A program made the position numbers and the translations under genes. Shown piece by piece: positions 30,161 through 38,488 of a stretch of 64,000 nucleotides of DNA. The stretch is from Deltaproteobacteria bacterium (lineage in GTDB: Bacteria; Myxococcota_A; Polyangia; JACPQR01), in contig JACPQR010000020.1 in the NCBI GenBank assembly GCA_016190375.1, forward strand, positions 3,665 through 67,664. Direction: 5' to 3'. The notes beneath the pieces are model-generated. The model saw nothing but the letters and a program-made list of their open reading frames with translations, did no database searches and was not told where the DNA came from. Each line of letters opens with the position of its first letter. The stretch's first letter is position 1.

Positions 30161-30618
30161 GGCCGTTCTTGGACCCCGAGCGTCGGCGAACCGGCCGGAT
30201 CGACGAGGCGCTCGAAGCCTGCATCCGCGAAGTGCCTGACATTGCGCGTGTAGAGCGTGCGCACGCCAGCCGCGCGAAGGGTGTGGGCGAGCTGAGCGTC
30301 GAACGAGCGGCCAGCCGCGAACCCTCTCCTGCCCAGGTCCGCGCGAAGGGGCGGCCAGAGGTCGTGTGCGTATCCGACCCGCTGACAGCCGCAGCGGTCG
30401 AAGAAGTCCACGACCTCGGCGGCCTTCCCGGCAGTCAATGGCCGTTCGAGGACCGACGGGTTGCGCAGCAGGCGGTACAGCTCGATCAGCACCTGATCTG
30501 CGACGACCCAATCGACGCCGCCATTCGCCAGATCGTCGAGCACCGGGCGGCAGGCCTCGTGCTCGACGCAGTCCTCGTTCAGCGCGTAGAGGAGGACGTT
30601 CGTGTCGGCGCTCTTCAC
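30157..30618 (-). CDS. vapC: PIN-domain toxin (VapC)
   Basis: ADTNVLLYA, IELYRLL, RSFDAQLA, LYTRNVRHF. Confidence 0.9.
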   Translation of the reverse strand: MKSADTNVLLYALNEDCVEHEACRPVLDDLANGGVDWVVADQVLIELYRLLRNPSVLERPLTAGKAAEVVDFFDRCGCQRVGYAHDLWPPLRADLGRRGFAAGRSFDAQLAHTLRAAGVRTLYTRNVRHFADAGFERLVDPAGSPTLGVQERP

Positions 30619-30863
30619 CTGGCCTCCCGGTCCGAGTACGCGGCTTCGCGGAGCCGAGCGGCTGGCAGCTTCACCCGGCCGCCCCGGAACGACGGCGGCT
30701 GGCGAACGGGCCCGCCCCGACCGGCGTCGAGGTATCGCTTGCGCTCGAGCCAGGCTTCCGTCGCTCGCCTCACGACCTCCGAGACCGCCTGGTCTTCCTC
30801 CCTCGCGACCCGCCGCAGACGGTGCATCAAGGGCTCCGGGAAGAGAATTTGGATTTTTTGCAT
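30615..30863 (-). CDS. vapB: Ribbon-helix-helix antitoxin (VapB-like)
   Basis: KIQILFPEPLMHRLRRVAREEDQAVSEVVRRA; 4-bp overlap with the PIN gene. Confidence 0.85.
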   Translation of the reverse strand: MQKIQILFPEPLMHRLRRVAREEDQAVSEVVRRATEAWLERKRYLDAGRGGPVRQPPSFRGGRVKLPAARLREAAYSDREAR

Positions 30864-30881
30864 GTATCCATGTTATAGACT

Positions 30882-30915
30882 GCTGCTTGCCCCCGCAAGC
30901 AGCCTTTGCGCAAAG
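30882..30915. promoter_or_regulatory. Candidate operator palindromes upstream of the vapBC operon
   Basis: 9-bp IR GCTGCTTGC-cccc-GCAAGCAGC (30882-30903) and perfect 12-bp palindrome CTTTGCGCAAAG (30904-30915); TATAAC on minus strand 8 nt before the ATG. Confidence 0.5.
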
Positions 30916-30942
30916 CTCGTCCGGGACGTACCTTGGCGTCCC

Positions 30943-31188
30943 ATGACCGACGAGCTCCCGACGCCCGAGCCCAAGGAAATCGACGAGAAGCTCTCGATCC
31001 AGCTCCGGCACCTGGCGGAGGACGCCGTGCTCCGCGGCCGGCCCAACGGTGACGAACGTTGCGACGGCTGCCTCTACTACCTGAGCCCGGATCAGGCACT
31101 CGCCTACTGCTGGCACCCCAAGCTCCGGATCCTCGTGGGCGCCTCCTGGTGGTGCCAGTGGTGGGAGAAGATCCCCGAGGACGGCTGA
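30943..31188 (+). CDS. HiPIP-like small Fe-S protein without export signal
   Basis: C-x2-C-x12-C-x14-C with WWCQWW end. Confidence 0.7.
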   Translation: MTDELPTPEPKEIDEKLSIQLRHLAEDAVLRGRPNGDERCDGCLYYLSPDQALAYCWHPKLRILVGASWWCQWWEKIPEDG

Positions 31189-31202
31189 CAGGCCCGTCTC
31201 GG

Positions 31203-31505
31203 ATGCTCGCCAGACACTGGACCGTTTACATCCTGCGCTGCGGTGACGGATCGCTGTACACAGGCATCACCGATCGACTGCAGAAGCGGCTCGAGGCGCA
31301 CCGTGCCGGAAGGCGGGGCGCTCGGTACACGAGGTCCCGGCTGCCGATCGAGCTGGTGTGGAGCTCCGGCCGCAAGAGCGGCACCGAGGCACGGAAGCTC
31401 GAGCACGCGATCAAGCGGTTGACCCGCCGGGAAAAGCTGCGGCTCGTCGCCGGAAGCCGGCGGCTCTGGAGTCGGTTGCGGCGCGCGGTGCTCGGCGCTG
31501 TCTAA
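31203..31505 (+). CDS. GIY-YIG nuclease family protein (UPF0213/YhbQ-like)
   Basis: VYILRCGDGSLYTGIT...RLEAH...GARYTRSRLP...EHAIKRL. Confidence 0.92.
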   Translation: MLARHWTVYILRCGDGSLYTGITDRLQKRLEAHRAGRRGARYTRSRLPIELVWSSGRKSGTEARKLEHAIKRLTRREKLRLVAGSRRLWSRLRRAVLGAV

Positions 31506-31537
31506 TCCTGTCGTTTCGCTGGTATCCTGAGGATCGG

Positions 31538-33232
31538 ATGCCGGCCGGTCCGCCACCGCTGCCCGCGCAGTTTCCCATGCCCTATGGGCGGTACGTGCTC
31601 ACCGGAGCGCTCGGCCGGGGCGGGATGGCGGAGATCTTCCTCGCCCAGCAGCAGGGGCCTCACGGCTTCCAGAGGGAGGTCGTCGTCAAGAGGATCCTGC
31701 CCCACATCTCGGACGACGACGAGTTCGTGCGGATGTTCATCCAGGAGGCCAAGCTCACGGCGCGCCTGGTGCACCCGAACATCGTACAGGTGCTCGATTT
31801 CGGAGAGGAGGCGGGGCAGCTCTTCCTCGCGATGGAGTTCGTGGACGGGACGGACGTGAGGGCCTTGCTCCGCGCGCTTCGCAAGTCACGCGAGCTGCTC
31901 GACGTGGAGATCGCCTGCCACGTCGTCATGGAGCTCGCGCGTGGGCTGGACCACGCACATCGTCTGGCCGACCCGGTATCGGGGGACCCGCTCGGCCTGG
32001 TTCACCGGGACATCTCGCCATCGAACGTGCTCCTGTCGTGCGAGGGCGCCGTCAAGCTCTGCGACTTCGGCATCGCCCACGTGGGGTCCGAAGCGATGAC
32101 GAGGGTGGGCACGCTCAAGGGCAAGTACGGCTACATGTCGCCCGAGCAGGCCACGGGCAGGCCAATCGACGCGCGCAGCGACGTCTTCTCGCTCGGCGCG
32201 CTGTTCTGGGAGCTCCTCGCGGCGCGCCGCCTCTACGGTGCCGACAGCGAGCTCGGGGTCCTGGAGCTCGCGCGCAACTGCGAGCCGCGGCCGCTGCCGC
32301 GCACCGACCTGCCGATGTTCCCCGCGCTGGCCGCGACACTCGAGCGTGCGCTCGCGCGCGATCCCGACCAGCGATACGACCGCGCCTCCGAGCTCGCGAA
32401 GGACCTCGCCGAGTACCTCCGCGCCGTCGACCTGTACGTCTCGACCAGCGAGCTCGCAGCGACGCTCCAGAAGTACTGCCCGACGGAGCTCGGGCGAAGC
32501 CGCGAGGTCCGCAAGCGGGCGCTCACCCAGGGCACGGGCACCGGCACCGGATCCGAGCCATCGTTCGGCGTCGCTTGGCAGTCGGTCGCCGAGGATCCAC
32601 CCCCATTCATCCCGATCACGGTGGACGAGGACATCCAGCCCGTGGTCGAGGCGCCGCGAGCAAGCCAGCCCCCGCCGCAGCCGACCGCGGTCCAGCCGGC
32701 GCCTCGCGCCTCGCGGGTCGACGATCTGGCGCGGATCCTCCTGCAATCGGGCGTGGTGACCCAGGCGCAGCTCCAGGCGGCACGCGAGGCCGCGGCCAGG
32801 TCCGGCCGAACGGTCGTGTTCGCGCTCCTCGCCATGCGGGTCGTGAGCGACTCGGATCTCGCGCACGCATTCGGCGTCCTTCTCGACCTGCCGGTCGTGG
32901 ACCTGGCCAAGGAGGTCGTCCTCGATGCGGTCGCCAGACGCATCCCGGGGCCGCTGGCGGTCCGCCTCTCGGCCATCCCCTTCCGCGTCGCCGACTCCGG
33001 GATGGGCCGGCCGACGCTGCACGTCGCCTTCGCGAACCCGGCATCGCTCGGATCCGTTCCGGAGATCGAGTTCGCCACGGGCATGAAGATCCGCCCGTAC
33101 ATCGCACGCCAGGCCGCCGTGCTCGCTCGCATCCGGCGCGCGTTCTACGGTGAGGATCTGCCGGTACCTCCTCTGTCCCCGTCTCCCGAGCTGCGCGGCG
33201 GCGGCGGTGACCCGGACGGGGGAGAGTGGTGA
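31538..33232 (+). CDS. Ser/Thr protein kinase with C-terminal MshEN/GSPII_N-like domain
   Basis: GRGGMAEI, HRDISPSN, DFG, YMSPEQ; C-terminal LARILLQSGVVTQAQL...AFANPA...IEFATGMKIRPYIA. Confidence 0.88.
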   Translation: MPAGPPPLPAQFPMPYGRYVLTGALGRGGMAEIFLAQQQGPHGFQREVVVKRILPHISDDDEFVRMFIQEAKLTARLVHPNIVQVLDFGEEAGQLFLAMEFVDGTDVRALLRALRKSRELLDVEIACHVVMELARGLDHAHRLADPVSGDPLGLVHRDISPSNVLLSCEGAVKLCDFGIAHVGSEAMTRVGTLKGKYGYMSPEQATGRPIDARSDVFSLGALFWELLAARRLYGADSELGVLELARNCEPRPLPRTDLPMFPALAATLERALARDPDQRYDRASELAKDLAEYLRAVDLYVSTSELAATLQKYCPTELGRSREVRKRALTQGTGTGTGSEPSFGVAWQSVAEDPPPFIPITVDEDIQPVVEAPRASQPPPQPTAVQPAPRASRVDDLARILLQSGVVTQAQLQAAREAAARSGRTVVFALLAMRVVSDSDLAHAFGVLLDLPVVDLAKEVVLDAVARRIPGPLAVRLSAIPFRVADSGMGRPTLHVAFANPASLGSVPEIEFATGMKIRPYIARQAAVLARIRRAFYGEDLPVPPLSPSPELRGGGGDPDGGEW

Positions 33233-33276
33233 GCGTCCTTCCCGTTCGACTCTCGTAGGCCGAGCCCGCCGTTTGA

Positions 33277-33465
33277 CACAATCGCGTCGATGCCGACACC
33301 GACGCGGACGCGGACGCGGACGGAGGCGGTGGCGATGGCGAAGGGACGGTCGGCTGCTGTGCCAGCGGGAAGAGCGGAGCTTCCGCCGCGAACGCGCTCG
33401 CTCTGTGCTTCGGGCTCGCGAGCTTCATCGCCGCGCGACGTCGCGCCGGTGACCTCGACCCTTGA
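33277..33465 (+). pseudogene. Orphan 3' remnant encoding an acidic linker plus MYXO-CTERM-like sorting signal
   Basis: Frame reads [58 protein letters not shown]; in-frame TGA at 33274, no start codon before the motif. Confidence 0.65.
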
Positions 33466-33489
33466 CGTGACCGGGTCCGAGCCCTATCC

Positions 33490-33984
33490 GTGAGCCTCGT
33501 GGGTGATCCGTCGCTGAAGCAGCGGGCGCTGCAGCTCTGGCAGGAGGCCCAGAGGCACCACATGCAGGGCCAGGTGGACCGCGCGATCGATCTGTACTCC
33601 CAGTCAATCGGACTGCACCCGACCGCGGAGGCGTACACCTTCCGTGGCTGGGCCTACAGCTTCCAGAGTCGATACGAGGAGGCGATCGCCGAGTGCAAGA
33701 AGGCGATCGAGGTGGATCCCACGTTCGGCAATCCCTACAACGACATCGGTTCGTACCTCGTCGCGCTCGGCAAGCACGACGAGGCGATCGAGTGGCTCGA
33801 GCGAGCGAAGGTGGCGCCGCGCTACGAGCCACGCCACTTCCCGTACATGAACCTCGGCCGCGTCTACGCCGTGAAGGGAATGGTGCTCAGCGCGATCCGC
33901 GAGTTCGAGGAGGCGCTTCGGATCCGGCCCGACGAGCCGTCCTGCGTGGCCGCGCTCGAGGAGCTCCGCCGCGCCCTCAACTGA
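33490..33984 (+). CDS. Tetratricopeptide repeat protein
   Basis: Several TPRs (AEAYTFRGWAY, NPYNDIG, FPYMNLGRVY). Confidence 0.88.
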   Translation: MSLVGDPSLKQRALQLWQEAQRHHMQGQVDRAIDLYSQSIGLHPTAEAYTFRGWAYSFQSRYEEAIAECKKAIEVDPTFGNPYNDIGSYLVALGKHDEAIEWLERAKVAPRYEPRHFPYMNLGRVYAVKGMVLSAIREFEEALRIRPDEPSCVAALEELRRALN

Positions 33985-34031
33985 GAGCCTGAGCAGCCTC
34001 GACGTCACCGCGGTGCTACGATGCCGGGTCC

Positions 34032-34718
34032 ATGGCGACCCAGCCCGCCGATCTCGATCGCATCGCCGCCGCCGCCCTCGGTCTCGTCGGTGCCGACATG
34101 TTGCTCGGCCTCGGCACCGGCCGCGCCGCGGAGGCTTTCATCCGCGGGCTCGGCGAGCGGGTCCGGCAGGGCCTGCGCGTTCGTGGCGTTCCGACCTCTC
34201 GACGCTCCGAGGCGCTCGCCCGTTCCGTCGGCATCGAGGTCACCTCGCTCGACGAGGTCGACGGGCTGGACGTCGCCTTCGACGGAGCGGACGAGGTCAC
34301 GCCGCACCTGGACCTGACCAAGGGGCTCGGCGGCGCGCTCCTGCGCGAGCGCGTCGTGGCGAACGCCGCCGAGACGTTCGTCGTGCTCGTGACGCCCGAG
34401 AAGCTCGTCGAGAAGCTCAACTCGCGCGGTCCGATCCCGATCGAGATCGTCGCGTTCGCGCGCGCTCCGATCGTCCGCGGTCTCGCCGCGCTCGGCGGCC
34501 GTCCGACCCTGCGCGTGGACCAGGCCGGCACGACCTATTTCACCGACAACGGAAACCCGATCGTCGACACCGACTTCGGTCCGATCTCCGACCCCGCCGG
34601 CCTCGACTCGGCCATCCGGAAGATTCCCGGCGTGGTCGACACCGGGATGTTCCTGTCCATGGCCGACGTCGTCTTCGTCGGCGATGCCGATCGGATCCGC
34701 GAGTTGCGTCGCCGCTGA
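34032..34718 (+). CDS. rpiA: Ribose-5-phosphate isomerase A
   Basis: LGLGTG, DGADEV, KGLGGALLRE, TDNGN, PGVVDTGMF. Confidence 0.95.
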   Translation: MATQPADLDRIAAAALGLVGADMLLGLGTGRAAEAFIRGLGERVRQGLRVRGVPTSRRSEALARSVGIEVTSLDEVDGLDVAFDGADEVTPHLDLTKGLGGALLRERVVANAAETFVVLVTPEKLVEKLNSRGPIPIEIVAFARAPIVRGLAALGGRPTLRVDQAGTTYFTDNGNPIVDTDFGPISDPAGLDSAIRKIPGVVDTGMFLSMADVVFVGDADRIRELRRR

Positions 34719-34799
34719 ACGCGAGGCCGCTGGACGCGCAGGTTTCCGTCGGGCTCACGCTTGCACCGCCGGCGGGCGGTTCTTAGGTAATTCCCGAGA

Positions 34800-35273
34800 A
34801 TGGGCAACCAGCAAGGGTGGCCTCCTCTCGGCTCGCCCATGCAAGGTCGACGCTCGTTTCTGGGACGCTTCGTGATGTGGGTGAGCCTCATCGTGAGCCA
34901 CCTGACCGCGGGCGCCTTCGTCCTGCGCTTCCTCACTCCGCCTAGACGGCGGCCGGCGCACCGAGCGGTGTACGTCGCGAGGCTGGAGGACCTGCCGGAA
35001 TCGGAGAGCGTCGTCGTGGAGGATCTGCGCGGCGTCCCCGTCGCGGTCGTCCGTGAGGGGACGACGATCAGGGCGCTGTCGACGGTCTGCACGCACCTCG
35101 GCTGCCGGGTTCGCTGGGAGGGCAACAAGCAGCGTTTCTTCTGTCCATGCCACGACGGGATCTTCGATCGCGAGGGCCGCGTCGTCGCCGGACCCCCGCC
35201 GCGCCCGCTCGACCGGTACGAGGTCCGGATCGACAAGGACCTCGTCTTCCTCACGATGGAGGAGCCGGCGTGA
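34800..35273 (+). CDS. Rieske [2Fe-2S] subunit
   Basis: RRSFL N-terminus + TM; CTHLGC and CPCHDGIF motifs. Confidence 0.93.
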   Translation: MGNQQGWPPLGSPMQGRRSFLGRFVMWVSLIVSHLTAGAFVLRFLTPPRRRPAHRAVYVARLEDLPESESVVVEDLRGVPVAVVREGTTIRALSTVCTHLGCRVRWEGNKQRFFCPCHDGIFDREGRVVAGPPPRPLDRYEVRIDKDLVFLTMEEPA

Positions 35274-35289
35274 TCGAGGAGCCTCGAGC

Positions 35290-36324
35290 ATGAGCGCGAT
35301 CGGCGCGTGGCTGAAGACGAGGTTCCCGATCGACGTCGATCGGCTTCGCGCCGTCACCGACGAGCCCATCCCCGGCCACCTGAAGAGATGGTGGTTCGCG
35401 CTGGGCGGAACGCCGGCCTATCTGTTCGCCGTCCAGATCGTGACGGGGATCCTCCTTCTCTTCTACTACGTCCCCGAGCCCGGTCGCGCCTACGACTCCG
35501 TCGCCGAGATCACGTCGGGCGTCCGCTTCGGCTGGTGGCTGCGCAGCATCCACAAGTGGGCCGCCACGGGGATGATCGTAGCGGTCTGTCTGCACACGAT
35601 CCGCGTCTTCTTCACGGGCGCGTACCGAAAGCCACGGGAGCTCACGTGGGTGGTCGGGTGCATGCTCCTGTTCGCGACGCTCACGGCGGGACTGACGGGC
35701 TATTCGCTCGTCTACGAGCAGCTCTCGTACTGGGGGACGACCGTGACGTCGAACCTCGTGGCGGCAGTGCCGGTCCTGGGCGGGACGCTCGCTCGGTTCC
35801 TGCGTGGCGGCGCCGAGGTCGGGCCCGCGACGCTCACTCGCTTCTTCGTCCTGCACGTCGCCATCGTGCCCGGCGCGATCGCCACCCTGGCCATGCTCCA
35901 CCTCGCGCTCGTCCGCGCGCACGGCGTCACGGAGCTCGAGCCACGGCGTGGCGAGCCTCGCACGTTCCCGCTCATCCCCGACCACGTCCTCACCGAGCTG
36001 TCGATCGCGCTCGTCCTGATGATCGCGCTCAACGTCCTGGCGATCCTTCTGCCGGCGGAGCTCGGGGAACGCGCCAGCCCCACCGCGACGCCGGAGCACA
36101 TCCGGCCGGAGTGGTACTTCTACTTCGCGTTCCGCTGGCTGAAGCTGACGTCGCTCCGCATGGGCGTCCTGGGTGTCGGGGTCGCGGCCGCGATCATGGT
36201 CGTCTGGCCCGCGATCGACGTAGTGCTGCGCCGCCTGTCGCCGCGGCGTGAGCTGTCCGTCCTCTTCGGAGCCGCCGCGGTCCTGGCCGTGGTGGCCCTG
36301 ACCCTGTGGGAGGCGCTCGCATGA
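35290..36324 (+). CDS. Cytochrome b (b6 and subunit-IV parts fused)
   Basis: RSIHKW, LHTIRVF, SYWG, RFFVLHV, PEHIRPEWYF. Confidence 0.95.
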   Translation: MSAIGAWLKTRFPIDVDRLRAVTDEPIPGHLKRWWFALGGTPAYLFAVQIVTGILLLFYYVPEPGRAYDSVAEITSGVRFGWWLRSIHKWAATGMIVAVCLHTIRVFFTGAYRKPRELTWVVGCMLLFATLTAGLTGYSLVYEQLSYWGTTVTSNLVAAVPVLGGTLARFLRGGAEVGPATLTRFFVLHVAIVPGAIATLAMLHLALVRAHGVTELEPRRGEPRTFPLIPDHVLTELSIALVLMIALNVLAILLPAELGERASPTATPEHIRPEWYFYFAFRWLKLTSLRMGVLGVGVAAAIMVVWPAIDVVLRRLSPRRELSVLFGAAAVLAVVALTLWEALA

Positions 36325-37640
36325 TGACCGTCGGCCCGAAGCGCTGGATCGTGGCGAGCCTCGGCTTGCTCTTCCTCCTGTCGCTCATCGTCGTCTCTTA
36401 CCGGGAGATCGCGACCGAGCGCCGGCCGACCGAGAGGCCCCGCCCCGTGGTCGCCGCCGCCGACAGGGTCTGCGTCGACTGCCATGGGCGAGTGACGCCA
36501 TCGATCGTCCACCAGTGGGAGGACTCGCGGCACGCGACCCGCGGCATCGGCTGCGCCGCATGCCACGGCGCGAAGCAGAGGGACCCCGACGCGTTCGTGC
36601 ACTACGGCGTGCGCATCGCGGCGATCGTCAGTCCACTGGACTGCTCCCGATGCCATCAGCGCGAGTTCCGCGAGCAGACCGGCAGCCGCCACGCCGACGC
36701 TCTGGCGTTGATGCGCGAGAACGACGGCGACGTCGCGCGGTTCGTGGGCGCCGAGCCGCTCGGCTGCCAGGGATGTCACGGCGCCAGGGTCATCGCAACC
36801 GGTGCCGGCCAGCTCGACCCGACCACCTGGCCGAACGGAGGCATCGGCCGCATCAACCCGGATGGCTCGAAGGGCTCGTGCTCCGCCTGCCATACGCGGC
36901 ACGACTTCTCGCTCGCGCTGGCGCGGGCGCCGGAAGCCTGCGCGAAGTGCCACCAGGGAGACGACCACGCCCCGGCGATGGACGTGTACCAGGAGTCCAA
37001 GCACGGGGCCCGCTTCCGCGAGATGCATGACGAGATGAACCTCGGAAGCTCGACGTGGATCGTGGGCCGGGACTACTACGCGGCCCCGACCTGCGCGACC
37101 TGCCACATGTCGGCGACGCCCTCTCAGCCAGTCACCCACGACGTGGGCACGCGCCTGGGCTGGACCCTTCGGCCTGTCGTCTCGGTCCGGCAGGCCGGCT
37201 GGGAGGACAAGCGGGACGCGATGGTCGACGTGTGCTTGCAGTGCCACGCAGACCAGTGGGTGCAGAACTACTTCACTCAGTTCGACGCGTTCGTCGAGGA
37301 CTACAACGGCCGGTTCGCGATGCCGGCGCGCCAGATCATGGAGGCGCTCCGGCGCAAGGGCGCGCTCACCCCCGCCCCGTTCGACGAGCCGATCGAGTAC
37401 ACGTACTTCGCGCTGTGGAGCCAGGCAGGCCGGCGGGGGCGCATGGGCGCCGCGATGATGGGGCCGTACTTCGTCCAGTGGCGAGGCGCGTACGAGGTGG
37501 CCAGGGTCTTCTACTCGGAGCTTCTCCCGGAGGCGGAGAGGCTGCGCCCCGGCATCACGGCGCCGTTCGTCACCACCGGAGCGCGCGTGACTCGCGCAAG
37601 GCGACCGGCGCCAGCCGCCACGCTCGGAGAGCGCCGGTAG
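36321..37640 (+). CDS. Octaheme cytochrome c, hydroxylamine-oxidoreductase-like family, N-terminally anchored
   Basis: Eight CxxCH motifs (CVDCH, CAACH, CSRCH, CQGCH, CSACH, CAKCH, CATCH, CLQCH); helical C-terminus GRRGRMGAAMMGP..QWRG. Confidence 0.88.
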   Translation: MMTVGPKRWIVASLGLLFLLSLIVVSYREIATERRPTERPRPVVAAADRVCVDCHGRVTPSIVHQWEDSRHATRGIGCAACHGAKQRDPDAFVHYGVRIAAIVSPLDCSRCHQREFREQTGSRHADALALMRENDGDVARFVGAEPLGCQGCHGARVIATGAGQLDPTTWPNGGIGRINPDGSKGSCSACHTRHDFSLALARAPEACAKCHQGDDHAPAMDVYQESKHGARFREMHDEMNLGSSTWIVGRDYYAAPTCATCHMSATPSQPVTHDVGTRLGWTLRPVVSVRQAGWEDKRDAMVDVCLQCHADQWVQNYFTQFDAFVEDYNGRFAMPARQIMEALRRKGALTPAPFDEPIEYTYFALWSQAGRRGRMGAAMMGPYFVQWRGAYEVARVFYSELLPEAERLRPGITAPFVTTGARVTRARRPAPAATLGERR

Positions 37641-37704
37641 GGGACACGCACCCGCTCTCCAAACAAGCGATGTCGCTGGCTTTTCAGACCATACCGCGCG
37701 ATCT
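37640..37704. repeat. Solo copy of GGGGACACGCACCCG-N38-ACCGCGCG(ATCT) motif between convergent stop codons
   Basis: Same two blocks and same 38-nt spacing as both units at 18665-18848. Confidence 0.85.
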
Positions 37705-37705
37705 G

Positions 37706-38254
37706 TCAAGGCAGCACGTACATCGGCGCGGTCTGCGCGGGCCGGCCCAGGATCTCGTCCTCGAAGTAGCCGCGTACGACTCTGCGCACGAAGTCGAGGT
37801 GCTCCTCCTCTTCGTGGAGGAACTTCCGGAAGGCCCTCTCGGCCTTGTGATCGGCCGCATCCTCCGCGAGGTGGACGAGCAGGTCCCAGCCCGCGTTGTC
37901 CTGCAGCTCCGCCGCGAGGAGCGCGTGGAACAGATCGGGGATCCTGTTGGACCCGTTCAGGACGACCTTCTCGATTCCCTCGGTCTCGGTCTCGATCAAC
38001 CGGGTCCTCTCGGTCGAGACATGCGGATCCCCGCCCAGGGCGCGGATCTGTTCCTCGAGCCATTCCTCGTGGTCCTTCTCCTGGTCGCGGTACTCGCGGA
38101 CGGTGTCGAGCATCGCCGTCACCTCCGGGTCGCCCGACCTCTTCATCTTCTGGAGGATGGCATCGTACAGTTTCACGCCCTCGTGCTCGAACGCGCATCG
38201 CTCGGTGAGGGCGTCGATCACCTTCGCTGGATTGCTGCGCGAGAGCTCATGCAT
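37706..38254 (-). CDS. Ferritin-like domain protein
   Basis: FEHEGVKLY, QEKDHEEWL, AELQDNAGW, HEEEEH carboxylate/His pattern; start at MHELS..., longer ORF to 38305. Confidence 0.85.
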   Translation of the reverse strand: MHELSRSNPAKVIDALTERCAFEHEGVKLYDAILQKMKRSGDPEVTAMLDTVREYRDQEKDHEEWLEEQIRALGGDPHVSTERTRLIETETEGIEKVVLNGSNRIPDLFHALLAAELQDNAGWDLLVHLAEDAADHKAERAFRKFLHEEEEHLDFVRRVVRGYFEDEILGRPAQTAPMYVLP

Positions 38255-38488
38255 GGCGACTGCCTCCGCACCCTCGAAAGCTGCAACCGGCGCCACGCAA
38301 GTCAACGGGTACCTTGGGAAAGCGAGAGCCGCGAGGTCTCGAGACCCCGGCTCCAGGTAGGGCCGCCGTTTTGTCGAGGACGGACAGGGAAGGCACCAGA
38401 CTAGAAGCTACGACTGACTGTTCATCGCCGGACACCGCTCGGGGGTCGGCCGATCCCGCGGCCTCTAGGCGAGGTACGCTGGCGGCCG

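Noticed and set aside
31203-31505. GIY-YIG as a homing endonuclease or mobile element
   Set aside because: It is a short standalone UPF0213-type protein with no intron or intein context.
33290-33493. 67-aa [14 protein letters not shown]... from the track
   Set aside because: It is the +1 frame shadow of the DA-linker/MYXO-CTERM remnant.
34761-34790. TTGCAC plus hairpin ACCGCC/GGCGGT upstream of the Rieske gene as promoter or terminator
   Set aside because: The -10 match is poor and the 6-bp stem is short; not enough support.
36321-37640. Evidence of nitrification or anammox
   Set aside because: No amo, cycAB or hzs genes in the window; HAO-like proteins occur in many non-nitrifiers.
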